From NCBI GenBank assembly GCA_950097015.1, contig CATNEN010000002.1, positions 372,001 through 436,000 on the forward strand: 64,000 nucleotides of DNA. The letters are read 5' to 3'. The position numbers were made by a program, and so were the translations under genes. Shown piece by piece: positions 24,493 through 36,304 of this stretch (position 1 is its first letter; each line of letters starts with the position of its first letter). The stretch is from Macrostomum hystrix (taxonomy: Eukaryota; Animalia; Platyhelminthes). The notes below the pieces were generated by a model. That model made no database searches, was not told the DNA's origin, and saw nothing but the letters and a program-made list of their open reading frames with translations.

Positions 24493-24617
24493 TTAGTGGT
24501 TAGAACCTCCAACTAAAAACTGAGGTTGTAACTCTAAAATTGTTTCAATTAACATAGATGTAAAATTGTTTCCAGCATCAGCTAGGGTGGGTGGGTGTGG
24601 TACCCCTAGTCTATAGA

Positions 24618-24931
24618 CTGAACAGCTGTATACACATACATGCGCAACACCTGGCCGAGCCGGCCGAACCGGCCGGGTGAAACGAGGGCCAAGCAAGGTA
24701 AGTCGCAAAAACCAATCGACCAAGCGCAAAAAAATCAAAGGGGGGACCAAGGGACAAAAAAGGAAGGCGTGAAGAAAAGGAAAAAGGGGAGAGAAAAAGA
24801 GAGCAAATGAGAGCAAACTAAGTCGTAAATAGAGCAATGAAACAAACTAAGTCGCAAATGAGAGCAAAAACTAAGTCGCAAGGCCGGCTAAGATTTGGGA
24901 GGTTGCGCATGTATGTGTATACAGCCTTCAG
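24618..24931. mobile_element. Small TIR element with internal A-rich sub-repeats
   Basis: GCTGTATACACATACATGCGCAAC and its reverse complement at 24901-24926. No TSD found. Confidence 0.55.
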
Positions 24932-25624
24932 ATGGGGGCAGGACAATTTGGTAACAAGAAAGATAAACAGTCAGTACATTTCTATAACATGACAAGACAT
25001 TTTGTTGACATCTAGAGTTTAAACTTCCAACAGCATTTTCATTTTGCATAAGCTGTAAAGATTAAAATATTGGCACGATGATGACAGTGTCATTTGCCAA
25101 ATGTACGAATACTAATGTAAAGCCCAAAGTATCAACATGCTTGCATTTTTAGAAATTAGATATACTGAAGATTACTGAATACTGAATTATTAGGTTACTG
25201 AAATGTACTGAGTGTCTTGTATGTACCTGTCTTGTTACCAAAATGTATGTTACCAAATTGTCTAATACTGAATTTTCTCTAGGTCCTTCAGATATACTAG
25301 GCAAAAGTTGCGCTATGTTCTTGGCTACATAGCTAGCATAATTGCTCAGGTATAATCAACCATTATAATTATTATTATCATTATAAAGCTAAACAGAAGC
25401 TTATGCTAAGTGGCTTCAAGCTTCTGATTGAGAGGACCATGGACTGAATATCTGTTCACAGCCTGCCGCCTTTAGAAGCACAATTCAATAGCCGGCATTG
25501 TGCTTCATGCTACTGATATTTAGGACTAATACATCATGCTACATCCTGTCCCACAGGAATTTCAGCTAGTTTCTGACCAATAAGACTCATCAAAGCTAGC
25601 TGCTAAGCAGCTGTGGCTACAGAC

Positions 25625-25927
25625 ATGCTGAAAATTCCAGAACCAATGCCAATTGGGCTCATTATTGTGTCAGTCTTCCTTCTCCTGTTTAGCTGCTACT
25701 GCCTCTACCACTACCTGCTGAATCCTCGATTTCCAGTAGTTCACAATTGTGCAATAATGCATACACCATTTAATTATGTCAATTCTACAGGATTGCAGTC
25801 AGCAACAATGCATTCTTCCATTTCATTGGATCATTATGTGCACTGTTGGCAACCGTCTTGCCCATGTCAGTTTTTAAACGGATGTCAAAGCCCACCAACT
25901 TATGCAGAGGCCATGCAGTGTCCTTAG
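25625..25927 (+). CDS. Small single-pass membrane protein with Cys-rich tail and PPxY motif
   Basis: MLKIPEPMP-IGLIIVSVFLLLFSCYCLYHYLL (TM)...CWQPSCPCQFLNGCQS-PPTYAEAM. An acceptor CCCACAG lies upstream at ~25557. Confidence 0.45.
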   Translation: MLKIPEPMPIGLIIVSVFLLLFSCYCLYHYLLNPRFPVVHNCAIMHTPFNYVNSTGLQSATMHSSISLDHYVHCWQPSCPCQFLNGCQSPPTYAEAMQCP

Positions 25928-26362
25928 ACTATTCTTATCCTGTCTACTTCAGAAATTATGTTCTTTCCAAAGAGTGGCAAAAAACTTTCCTTTTTGTGAA
26001 AAGCTGAAAACCTGAATTAATTTTTACTGTGTGCATTTTCTGTTGTGCATTTTCTGTTATGGCCCTGTGAAAGCTAAACTTTTGCATTTTTGTTTAGTTG
26101 TGCAATAACAAAATTTATACAGACTTTCATTTTGCTGCTAAGCAACATTCTAAAAAGAAAATTATATTTTTATGCAAAGCATTTTTACAAAATGTAAAAA
26201 ATTCAAATATAAACCTTTGAAGACAAATCAAAATTGTCTCAGTTTTTTATTATCTACTGCTCATATTTTGTGGAACTGTAAAATATTTTCCTTTTAGTTT
26301 CTGATTCAAGGTCTATGGGTAAAATTTAGGACAAATTAGGGCCAAAAAGAGAACCTAAAAGA

Positions 26363-26586
26363 TGGCAGCGGGCCGCATTGACTGTAGAAATATGAGATAG
26401 GGGAGAGATGAGGCACGGAAGAGACGAGACATGGGAGAGATGAGACAGCGGAGAGATGAGACACGGAAGAGACGAGACAGGGGAAAGATGAAACAGGATA
26501 CTGCAGGTGTCGGAAGGGGCAATGGGCCGGATTTGGGAGCTTCGAGGGCCGCATCTGGCCCGCAGGCCGGAGTTTGCCGACCCCTG
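26363..26586. mobile_element. hAT/Charlie-like 3' end with the 16-bp GAGAGATGAGAC satellite
   Basis: GGCCCGCAGGCCGGAGTTTGCCGACCCCTG is followed by ATCTAGAC (NTCTAGAN is the Charlie target preference). The satellite is the same as at 7523-7890. Confidence 0.7.
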
Positions 26587-26599
26587 ATCTAGACGCTGA

Positions 26600-26830
26600 T
26601 TGGTCATCAGGCAAAATAAGGAGCAATGTTGTCAGAAGGGAGATTGGGTGGCTTACTAAGCTATGATTGGTCAGCCAATCAGAGTTAAGTATGGATTTTC
26701 CGAATAGAAGATGGGTAGTCACGAAGGCCTTATTATAATAATTATTGTGGCCTTGCCAGTGAATCAAGCTCAGGGACTTTATTGTGAGAAGCGACCGCAT
26801 TTACCCCGCCCCCCTTATTGGTCAGTATTC
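26600..26830. promoter_or_regulatory. Probable WDR3 promoter with clustered CCAAT/ATTGG boxes
   Basis: GATTGGTCA, GATTGGG, GATTGGTCAGCCAATCAG and TATTGGTCAG lie within ~300 bp upstream of the ATG. Confidence 0.45.
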
Positions 26831-26902
26831 GTTTATGGGTCATCAGTAGGCTAAGTAGCGAGTGAAAATTAGCTGGTAGTTACTGGCGCTCCCGCAGCCA
26901 CA

Positions 26903-29900
26903 ATGCCTGTCACACACGAGTATCCGCGCTACACTGCGGACTCTCGGTTCGGCCTGACCGCTTCACCTCGCTGCAACATTCTGGTGGTGTCGGACCCGGT
27001 TACAAGGCACCGGCCATTGGTCATAGCCGGCGCCGCTGAGGACGCCATCGCCTGGAATCCGGTCACCGGCCAGGCGGCTAGAAAATTTCGCGAAGAAGAC
27101 GACGAAGACTTCGCCGACGAGGAGGCGGCTAGACCGCGGCTGCGCGCCGGAGCCGTGGTTGCCCGCCTGGCTTGGCACGCGGGCGCTTCAACACTGGCCG
27201 TCGGCTACTCAGACGGCTGGATCCGACTGTACAACCTGTGGACAGGTGAGCCTGAATTGCCAGTTCCATGTATTGTTCTCATATATTGAGGCCTTTAATA
27301 TTGAGCTACAATCGTAACTGGTGGCGAAGCTGCAATGGTTTCCGGTATCGAAGCTTTAAACGCACCCGGTATCGAAGCTATAATCGTACCCGGTATCGAA
27401 GCTACAATCGTACCCTGTATCGAAGCTACAATCGTACCCTGTATCGAAGCTACAATCGTACCCTGTATCGAAGCTACAATCGTACCCGGTATCGAAGCTA
27501 CAATCGTACCCGGTATCGAAGCTACAATCGTACCCTGTATCGAAGCTACAATCGTACCCTGTATCGAAGCTACAATCGTACCCTGTATCGAAGCTACAAT
27601 CGTACCCGGTATCGAAGCTACAATCGTACCCGGTATCGAAGCTACAATCGTACCCGGTATCGAAGCTACAACCGTACCCTGTATTGAAGCTACAGTCGTA
27701 CCCGGTATCGAAGCTACAATCGTACCCTGTATTGAAGCTACAGTCGTACCCGGTATCGAAGCTACAACCGTACCCTGTATTGAAGCTACAGTCGTACCCG
27801 GTATCGAAGCTACAATCGTACCCTGTATTGAAGCTACAGTCGTACCCGGTATCGAAGCTACAACCGTACCCTGTATTGAAGCTATCATTGTACCAAGAGC
27901 TTAGCAATTCAACAAGTCAATAATCCAGTGAATTTTCTGTCTCCCTTAAACCAGGCGAACTGCTTGTGAAATTCTGCGGTCACAAGAACGCCGTCTCCAC
28001 GATGGCCTTTAACTCTGACGGCTCTCTCCTAGCCGCTGGCGGCATGGACTCGGATGTTACACTGCTGCGCATCGAAGGCGAAAGCGGCTTCCGACTTCAG
28101 GGTCACACTAACTCTGTCACGAGAGTACGTGTTGCGATAGTTATTTTTCAATACATATACAAAATAATCAGCTTAGGAATTTTTTAATTATTTTTTCCAA
28201 GGTTGAATTTCTGGAGAAGTTCTCCGATTGCCTGTTAACCGCATCCAAAGACGGCCTAATGAAGTTCTGGAATCTGGAGCTCCGGGTCTGCTTCAAGACC
28301 CTGACTGGTCATCCTGGTGAAGTGTGGGACTTTGCACTCATTGGCAGCGCCAAGGATCTGCTGGTCACTGGCTCCTGCGATAATCAGCTTCGCCTGTGGC
28401 GCCTGTCAGTTCAGCAGCAGCCGGAGCCACCGGCTAAGCGGCCGCAGGCCGAGACTGACGTACAGGGGAACCAGCTTCAACCCGCTGATCTGGAGGTGAG
28501 GAAATTTAAAATTGAGTGCACAGTCATTGGGTAAACAGCGCGAGTAAATATATATACCAATTTTGTATTCCTCGCCATCTAATTAATAACAAAATGTAGA
28601 ACGTTTTGATAGCGTACTTAATAGAATCTGAGGGATAAGGACAGTTCTCAGATTCTCAGTTCTCAGAGAGAGATGAATCTGAGGGATAAGGAAGGGTAGA
28701 TAGAATCTGAGGGATAAGGAAGGGTAGATAGAATCTGAGGGATAAGGAAGGGTAGATAGAATCTGAGGGATAAGGAAGGGTAGATAGAATCTGAGGGATA
28801 AGGAAGGGTAGATAGAATCTGAGGGATAAGGAAGGGTAGATAGAATCTGAGGGATAAGGAAGGGTAGATAGAATCTGAGGGATAAGGAAGGGTAGATAGA
28901 ATCTGAGGGATAAGGAAGGGTAGATAGAATCTGAGGGATAAGGAAGGGTAGATAGAATCTGAGGGATAAGGAAGGGTAGATAGAATCTGAGGGATAAGGA
29001 AGGGTAGATAGAATCTGAGGGATAAGGAAGGGTAGATAGAATCTGAGGGATAATGAAGGGTAGATAGAATCTGAGGGATAAGGAAGGGTAGATAGAATCT
29101 GAGGGATAAGGAAGGGTAGATAGAATCTGAGGGATAAGGACAGTTAGATAGAATCTGAGGGATATGGAAGGGTAGATAGAATCTGAGGGATAAGGACAGT
29201 TAGATAGAATCTGAGGGATAAGGACAGTTAGATAGAATCTGAGGGATAAGGACAGTTAGATAGAATCTGAGGGATAAGGAAGGGTAGATAGAATCTGAGG
29301 GATAAGGACAGTTAGATAGAATCTATTAATCTATTAATCTATTATTCCGCATCACGTGATATATTGTCAAATCCTAGGATGCCCTGTCAGCCGAGTTCTT
29401 GGGCAGCGTGACAAAGACTGCCAAGTTCCGCACTCATTCCCTGTCGGTCACAGCTGGCGGTAGCCTCATCTGCGTTGCGTCCGGAGCCCGTGGCCTCGAA
29501 TGGTTTGCCTGTCTCAGCTCGGCTGAGCAGAGAACCCGACTGCGGCAGAGGCAGAAGAAGGCGGCAAGAAAATCGGCAGCCGGCCAGCCCGGCAGAATGA
29601 AATTGTCAGCTGAGGATCTGCTCAAACCGGCTGGTATGCTCACCGGATTTCCCGCCAAGCTGCGCTGGGCTGTGCCCGGTGCTATGAGACTGGCTGAACC
29701 GGCTGCGGCATCAATTGCCGACGGTGACGATGACGACGAAGCTGCTGGCACAAAGAGCAGCGCTGAAGAAGGCCTGAGATTTGAGTGCTTCGTCAGTCTG
29801 GATAATAACTCGGTAAGCCTTTTGACTTCCATAATTTCTCTAGTATTCCACTTCCCAAATACTCATCTTGCATCTCCTCAGATCCTCATTTTGTGTTCTG

Positions 29901-32900
29901 CAACTTCCCAGATCCTCATTCTATTTCTACATCTTCCCAGATCCTCATTTTGCGTTCTACATCTTCGCAGATCCTAGTTTTGTGTTCTGCATCTTCCCAG
30001 ATCCTCATTTTGCGTTCTACATCTTCCCAGATCCTCATTTTGTGTTCTACATCATCCCAGATATTCCCTGTTCTGGATATTCACTAAACTGATCTTGGCC
30101 TGTCTATCCCGTTACTGTGTACCCACCGGCCTGATCGCCACCTGTTCCAGGTGCTATCCTACCACCTGCTTTACAGCAAGGGCGCCGTGTCGGTCGAGTC
30201 CCTGGGCTCCCGTATCAGCCAAGGCCACGAGGGTCCAGTTCGATGCGCTGCTGTCAGCTCTGACGGCCTGGCTGTGATGACACTGAGTGCCGGCCAGCTG
30301 AAACTGTGGCGCTTCTCTAGCCTGGCCTGCCTGCTCACAATAGCCTGTCCCGATTCTAGCGGCTCCGATGAGCAGAGGAACGGCCAGATGACCAAATGCG
30401 TGTTTCTGCCTGGCGATCGCTATGCCGCTGTGGGCACAGCCGACGGTCGAATTCTGCTGTGCGACCTGAGCGATGGTCGGGTTGCTGAACAGCTTCAGGT
30501 GACACTGGGCAACTGCTGTCGATGCATTTTTTCGGTCATTAACCCGAGGTCCCCCGGTACACATCATATCCGGGTCATTAATCGGGTCATAACTGTCATA
30601 TCCGGGTCATTCACTCGCTCATAACTGTCATATCCGGGTCATTCACTCGGTCATAACAGTCATAGCTATCATATCCTGGTCATTCACTCGGTCATAACAG
30701 TCATATCCGGGTCATTCACTCGGTCATAGCTATCATATCCTGGTCATTCACTTGTGTTAGTGAAGTTCAATGATTCTGTCTCCATCGTTGCATCGGCCCT
30801 CGAACCCCGCCCAGGCGCACACCGGCCCCGTCACCTGCCTGCGCCAGCTCAGCGACGCCAGCGGTCTCGTCAGCGGCAGCTCCGCCGAGCGTCAGGCGAT
30901 GCAGTGGCGCTACGAGATCGCCCGGGCGGCTTCGACCGCAGTCGGACACAGCGGCTTGAGCAGCCGGCTCGGCCTGCTCCTGTCTCGCAGCATCGCCCTC
31001 GATGACGGCCTGGCATCCGTGTGCAACACTCCGGATAGTCGGCTGCTCTGCTGCGGCCTGCTTGACAACTCCATCCGGGTGTTCTTCACCGACTCCGTGC
31101 GCCAGTTCCTTCACCTGCACGGCCACTCTCAGCCAGCCGTCTCATTGGCTGTCAGCGCCGACTCAGCCCTGCTTGCCAGCGGCTCCGGCGATCGAACCAT
31201 CCGGCTGTGGGGCCTGCAGTTTGGCGATTGCCAGAAAATCTTGCGCGGCCACGACCTGGCCATCACCGACCTGCAGTTTGTGCCCCTGCTGCCGGATGTC
31301 TCCGCCAACCTCAAGACATCGTCTAGACTGCTGGTCAGCTCCGGCTCAGACAAGTGCTTGCGCCTCTGGGACGCCGCCAAATTTCGTCGGGTAGCGGCTC
31401 TGTACGGTCACCAGGCGGCTGTGTCCTGCGTTGCGGTTTCGCCGAATGGCGACTACCTGGCTAGCGTTGATGCCGACGGCTCCGTGCGCACCTGGCAGCG
31501 ATGCGAGGAGCCGCTAGTGCTGGAGGAGCAGCGGGAGCTGGAAAAGGACGCCCAGTTCGAGGAGGAGATGGCTGAGCAGCAGGCGGAGGCTACGGATAGC
31601 GCGGCTAGCGGTCTAGTGTCCCGGCTCAGCCTGCAGTCAGTGCGGGGAGCCGAAGAATTGCTGGCAGCTCTGGAGGTTAGTTAATGGGGGTCATAATGTA
31701 TTTTTGAATTTTCTGTTTCATATGCGAAAATCGAAGCAAGGTATCGCATCGTGCCGTAATTAAAAAACCCAGCTGGTATGGAGAACAATAGCTAATAATT
31801 TGCCTATAATAGTACAGATTATCAAATCTAGAACAGTACTTGGTATCGAAGCTACGAGCTCGTAGAACCGTACCGGGGTATCGAGGCTCCAATAGTATTG
31901 GGTATCGAAGCTAGAACAGTACTTGGTTATCGAAGCTAGAACAGTACTGGGTATGGAAGCTAGAACAGTACTGGGTATGGAAGCTAGAACAGTACTGGGT
32001 ATGGAAGCTAGAACAGTACTGGGTATGGAAGCTAGAACAGTACTGGGTATGGAAGCTAGAACAGTACCGGGGTATCGAAGCTAGAAAAGTACTTGGTTAT
32101 CGAAGCTAGAACAGTACTGGGTATGGAAGCTAGAACAGTACCGGGGTATCGAAGCTAGAAAAGTACTTGGTTATCGAAGCTAGAACAGTACTGGGTATGG
32201 AAGCTAGAACAGTACCGGGGTATCGAAGCTAGAAAAGTACTTGGTTATCGAAGCTAGAACAGTACTGGGTATGGAAGCTAAAACAGTGACGGGGTATCGA
32301 AGCTAGAACAGTACCAGATATCGAAGCTAGAACAGTACTTGGTTATCGAAGCTAGAACAGTACTGGGTATGGAAGCTAAAATAGTGACGGGGTATCGAAG
32401 CCAGAACAGTGCCGGGGTATCGAAGCTAGAACAGTGCCGGGGTATCGAAGCTAGAACAGTGCCGGGGTATCGAAGCTAGAACAGTACTTGGTTATCGAAG
32501 CTAGAACAGTACTGGTTATGGAAGCTAAAACAGTGAAGGGGTATCGAAGCTAGAACAGTGCCGGGGTATCGAAGCTATAACAGTGCCGGGGTATCGAAGC
32601 TAGAACAGTGCCGGGGTATCGAAGCTAGAACAGTGCCGGGGTATCGAAGCTAGAACAGTGCCGGGGTATCGAAGCTAGAACAGTGCCGGGGTATCGAAGC
32701 TAGAAAAGTACTGGGTATCGAAGCTAAAACAGTGACGGGGTATCGAAGCTAGAACAGTGCCGGGGTATCGAAGCTAGAAAAGTACTTGGTTATCGAAGCT
32801 AGAACAGTACTGGTTATGGAAGCTAAAACAGTGAAGGGGTATCGAAGCTAGAACAGTGCCGGGGTATCGAAGCTAGAACAGTGCCGGGGTATCGAAGCTA

Positions 32901-33865
32901 GAACAGTGCCGGGGTATCGAAGCTATAACAGTGCCGGGGTATCGAAGCTATAACAGTGCCGGGGTATCGAAGCTAGAACAGTGCCGGGGTATCGAAGCTA
33001 GAACAGTGCCGGGGTATCGAAGCTAGAACAGTGCCGGGGTATCGAAGCTATAACAGTGCCGGGGTATCGAAGCTATAACAGTGCCGGGGTATCGAAGCTA
33101 GAACAGTGCCGGGGTATCGAAGCTAGAAAAGTACTGGGTATCGAAGCTAAAACAGTGACGGGGTATCGAAGCTAGAACAGTGCCGGGGTATCGAAGCTAG
33201 AAAAGTACTTGGTTATCGAAGCTAAAACAGTACTGGTTATGGAAGCTAAAACAGTGAAGGGGTATCGAAGCTAGAACAGTACCGGGTATCGAAGCTAGAA
33301 AAGTTCTGGTTATCGCAGCTAGATCGCAGCGGTATTTCAATTCCTCTGAATCAAACTCCAAATGCAGCGATGGGAGTCGGATTGCGAGCATCAGAAGTCC
33401 AAGACTGTCCAGACTGTGGCCACCCAGCCGCAGCAGCAGCCGCTGGAATCGCTGGCAGGCTGGCTGGGCAAGCAGCCGCTGCACGAGCTGGAGCAGGCGA
33501 TCTCGGCTCTGCCAGCTGTGCACGCCAAACGCCTGTTGACCGCGCTTGACTCTCTGGCCGCAGGCGGTCTGCAGCCCGAGCGAGTCTGCCGATGCGCCTG
33601 CCTTCTGCTCAGCTTCCACTTTCCCTGCCTGGCTGTGACATCGGCCACTGACAGCCGGCTGCAGTTTCAGAGCCGGCTGACAGCCTGCGGCAGCGGCCTT
33701 GCCGACATGCTCGGCTTCAACCTTGCTGCTCTGAGGCTGCTGCAGTCTATGGCCGCCGAGCTGACCGAAGGTTCACCGCTCACCGACAATGAAGAGGCCG
33801 GCAGAAGAAGACAGCAGCAGAGGAAGAAGCGACAGAAGCAGGTGTTCGATTTGAGAACTCATTAA
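26903..33865 (+). CDS. WDR3: WD repeat-containing protein 3 (UTP12/DIP2, SSU processome); exons 26903-27245, 27955-28124, 28202-28495, 29378-29812, 30151-30498, 30815-31675, 33368-33865
   Basis: The N-terminus MPVTHEYPRYTADSRFGLTAS resembles MGLTKQYLRY..FG. Multiple GH..WD repeats, FLPGDRYAAVGTADG, LHLHGHSQPAVSLAVSADSALLASGSGDRTIRLWGLQFGDCQK, and a C-terminal Utp12 domain ELEQAISALP...CRCACLLLSFHF. Splice phases are consistent. Confidence 0.95.
27335..27890. repeat. 24-bp minisatellite (ATCGAAGCTACAATCGTACCCGGT), WDR3 intron 1
   Basis: Visible period of 24. Confidence 0.96.
28622..29325. repeat. 28-bp minisatellite (GATAGAATCTGAGGGATAAGGAAGGGTA), WDR3 intron 3
   Basis: Visible period of 28. 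Confidence 0.96.
29870..30062. repeat. 30-bp minisatellite, WDR3 intron 4
   Basis: ATCCTCATTTTGCGTTCTACATCTTCCCAG repeated ~6 times. Confidence 0.9.
30530..30752. repeat. ~32-bp degenerate minisatellite, WDR3 intron 5
   Basis: TCCGGGTCATTCACTCGGTCATAACAGTCATA units. Confidence 0.85.
31840..33320. repeat. 24/25-bp minisatellite (TATCGAAGCTAGAACAGTGCCGGGG), WDR3 intron 6
   Basis: Visible period of 25 with 24-bp variants. Confidence 0.96.
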
Positions 33866-34239
33866 ATCGAACTGCTGTTGTTGTTAGTCCTATCTCGAGC
33901 ATTTCTTGGACCTCTGCATCAAAAAGGCTTCAATTCGAAATACAATAATTGCACTGAGCATTTTTATCTTCTGTGCCTGACTTCCAGTGGATAATTGCGT
34001 GTGGAATTCGTCCTTGTCTTCTGGTGTCACCGTCTTTTGTTTGTTTGCAAGTTGTTTCTACAGAATTCACTCTGCTATAATGACTAACCTAGTGTTGGGA
34101 TAATTAGCTAATTATCTACCATTTACGTTCAATTCAAAGAGAATCTCTATTAATTCTTGTAGAATCCCCTTAAATCCAAATAATTCCGTACAGTCCCATG
34201 AAAATCCTGTTAACCCCAAAAAATTAAATTCTAGGACAA

Positions 34240-34935
34240 TCCCTTTGATCATAGCGGAATCCCCTTGATCATAGGAGAATCCCCTTGATCATAGGAGAAT
34301 CCCCTTGATCCTAGGGGAATCCCCTTGATCATAGGAGAATCCTTTTGATCCTAGGAGAATCTTTTTGATTCTAGGAGAATCCTTTTGATCCTAGGAGAAT
34401 CTCTTTGATTCTAGGAGAATCCTTTAGATCCTAGGAGAATCTCTTTGATTCTAGGAGAATCCCTTTGAACCTAGGAGAATCTCTTTGATTCTTGGAGAAT
34501 CCCTTTGATCCTAGGAGAATCTCTTTGATTCTAGGAGAATCCTTTTGATCCTAGGAGAATCCTTTAGATCCTAGGAGAATCTCTTTGATCCTAGGAGAAT
34601 CTCTTTGATTCTTGGAGAATCCCTTTGATCCTAGGAGAATCTCTTTGATTCTAGGAGAATCCCTTTGATCCTAGGAGAATCCTTTTGATCCTAGGAGAAT
34701 CTCTTTGATTCTAGGAGAATCCTTTTGATCCTAGGAGAATCTCTTTGATTCTAGGAGAATCTCTTTGATTCTAGGAGAATCCCTTTGATCCTAGGAGAAT
34801 CCTTTTGATCCTAGGAGAATCTCTTTGATTCTAGGAGAATCCTTTTGATCCTAAGAGAATCCTTTTGACCATAAGAGAATCCTTTTGATCATAAGAGAAT
34901 CCTTTTGACCATAAGAGAATCCTTTTGACCATAGG
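34240..34935. repeat. 20-bp minisatellite (TTGATCCTAGGAGAATCCTT), intergenic
   Basis: Visible period of 20, degrading at both edges. Confidence 0.95.
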
Positions 34936-36304
34936 ACAACCATGGTTATATTGAGGAATCTCTTTAATCCTATGAGAGTACTTGTTATTATATGAGGATC
35001 ATTTGATCCCATTAAAATCCCTTTAATGTAAAAATCCCTTATTCCTAACGTATATTTTAACATAATCGTCTAAATAAGATATTCACTATTGCCTATTAAA
35101 TTTAATTAAAAGGGCTAAAAAACAAGGAAAAATGTTTTGTTTAATTGCCATGCATTCACCTGCTTTCAGTAGTATCAGACAGCACGTAGTTAGAATTGAT
35201 TCTTAGCTTTATAAATTGCATTCCAAAGTTTTTGAAAATCCAGCGCATTAATTTGTTCTCCTATAGTTTCCGAAGCGTTACCCATTCACTCTGCCTTCCC
35301 GCCCCCGACGATATTAGTTGATGCTTTGGACTGTGGGAATGGCGCTAGCTTTGAGCCTAGGGTCCCCGAAGTATCTTGGAATAGTTTATTTGCCGCCACT
35401 TCGGCTTCATTTGCGAATCGCCTGTCGGTTTAATAATAAAAAACCCAAGGAGACTTTGGTAGTCTTTGAGAAGGGAAACTCCTAGCAGAGCTGCATGAGC
35501 ACGCTTGAGTTCGCTTGAGTGTTTTACGCTTTAATTAACTCTTCCTCACCCGGGGGTCCTCATTTGGATGCGAGTTCCAGTGCTCAAATAGCAGCAGGTG
35601 TGACTCGCAGCTCACACAGTGTCCACTCTGAGTCCATGAAAGCGGTGCATATTGTATCTGCTTGGACACTTGAAGTGGACCAAATTAACCTCTTACCTGG
35701 GGGCGGTTAATTGCTGAGCGCCTGAATGTCTGGGCACCATCAACTTTGAGTGCGATATTAATCTCAACCGACTCTAACTATCAGGGCCCGACGAGTGGAA
35801 TATAATTACTTTGGTTGGTGCAAATTTAATTACCTGGTCAATTACCTGGTCAAGTCGAATTTGTAATTACATAGTGCGAGCGCATAGGCGTTGTCGTTCA
35901 GCTCTGTGTGAGCTGTTTTTAGACTTTTAGTTTCAGTAAAACAAACATAATTTTTCCGTACTTTCGAAACAGTTCCACTGATAGTTCAGATTTATTAAGT
36001 CGTTAAAAAATAGGTCAATTACTTTTTTAGGCTTAAAAAGGTGAAGAAACGGAAAAGCACTAAAGTGCATGGCAAATTGATAGTGAATATTTAGAATAAT
36101 AGGCGCTGAAGATTGCTTTTAAACTGTTTATTAGATAAATAGAGGTATTTATTGGTGCACAAAATCAAATTGCATGCCAACTATAATGAATATTTTCGAG
36201 TCGTATATATATAATGCTCAAAAAAGCATTTGTGAAATTGCTTGCAAAAGCATATAAATGTGTTTGATTTGTCTCTCAAAATCGAGGTCAATAAGCGAGT
36301 TAAA

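Noticed and set aside
27268-27923. Five overlapping repeat ORFs (e.g. collagen/ice-nucleation-like SFDTGYDC)
   Set aside because: 24-bp satellite in WDR3 intron 1.
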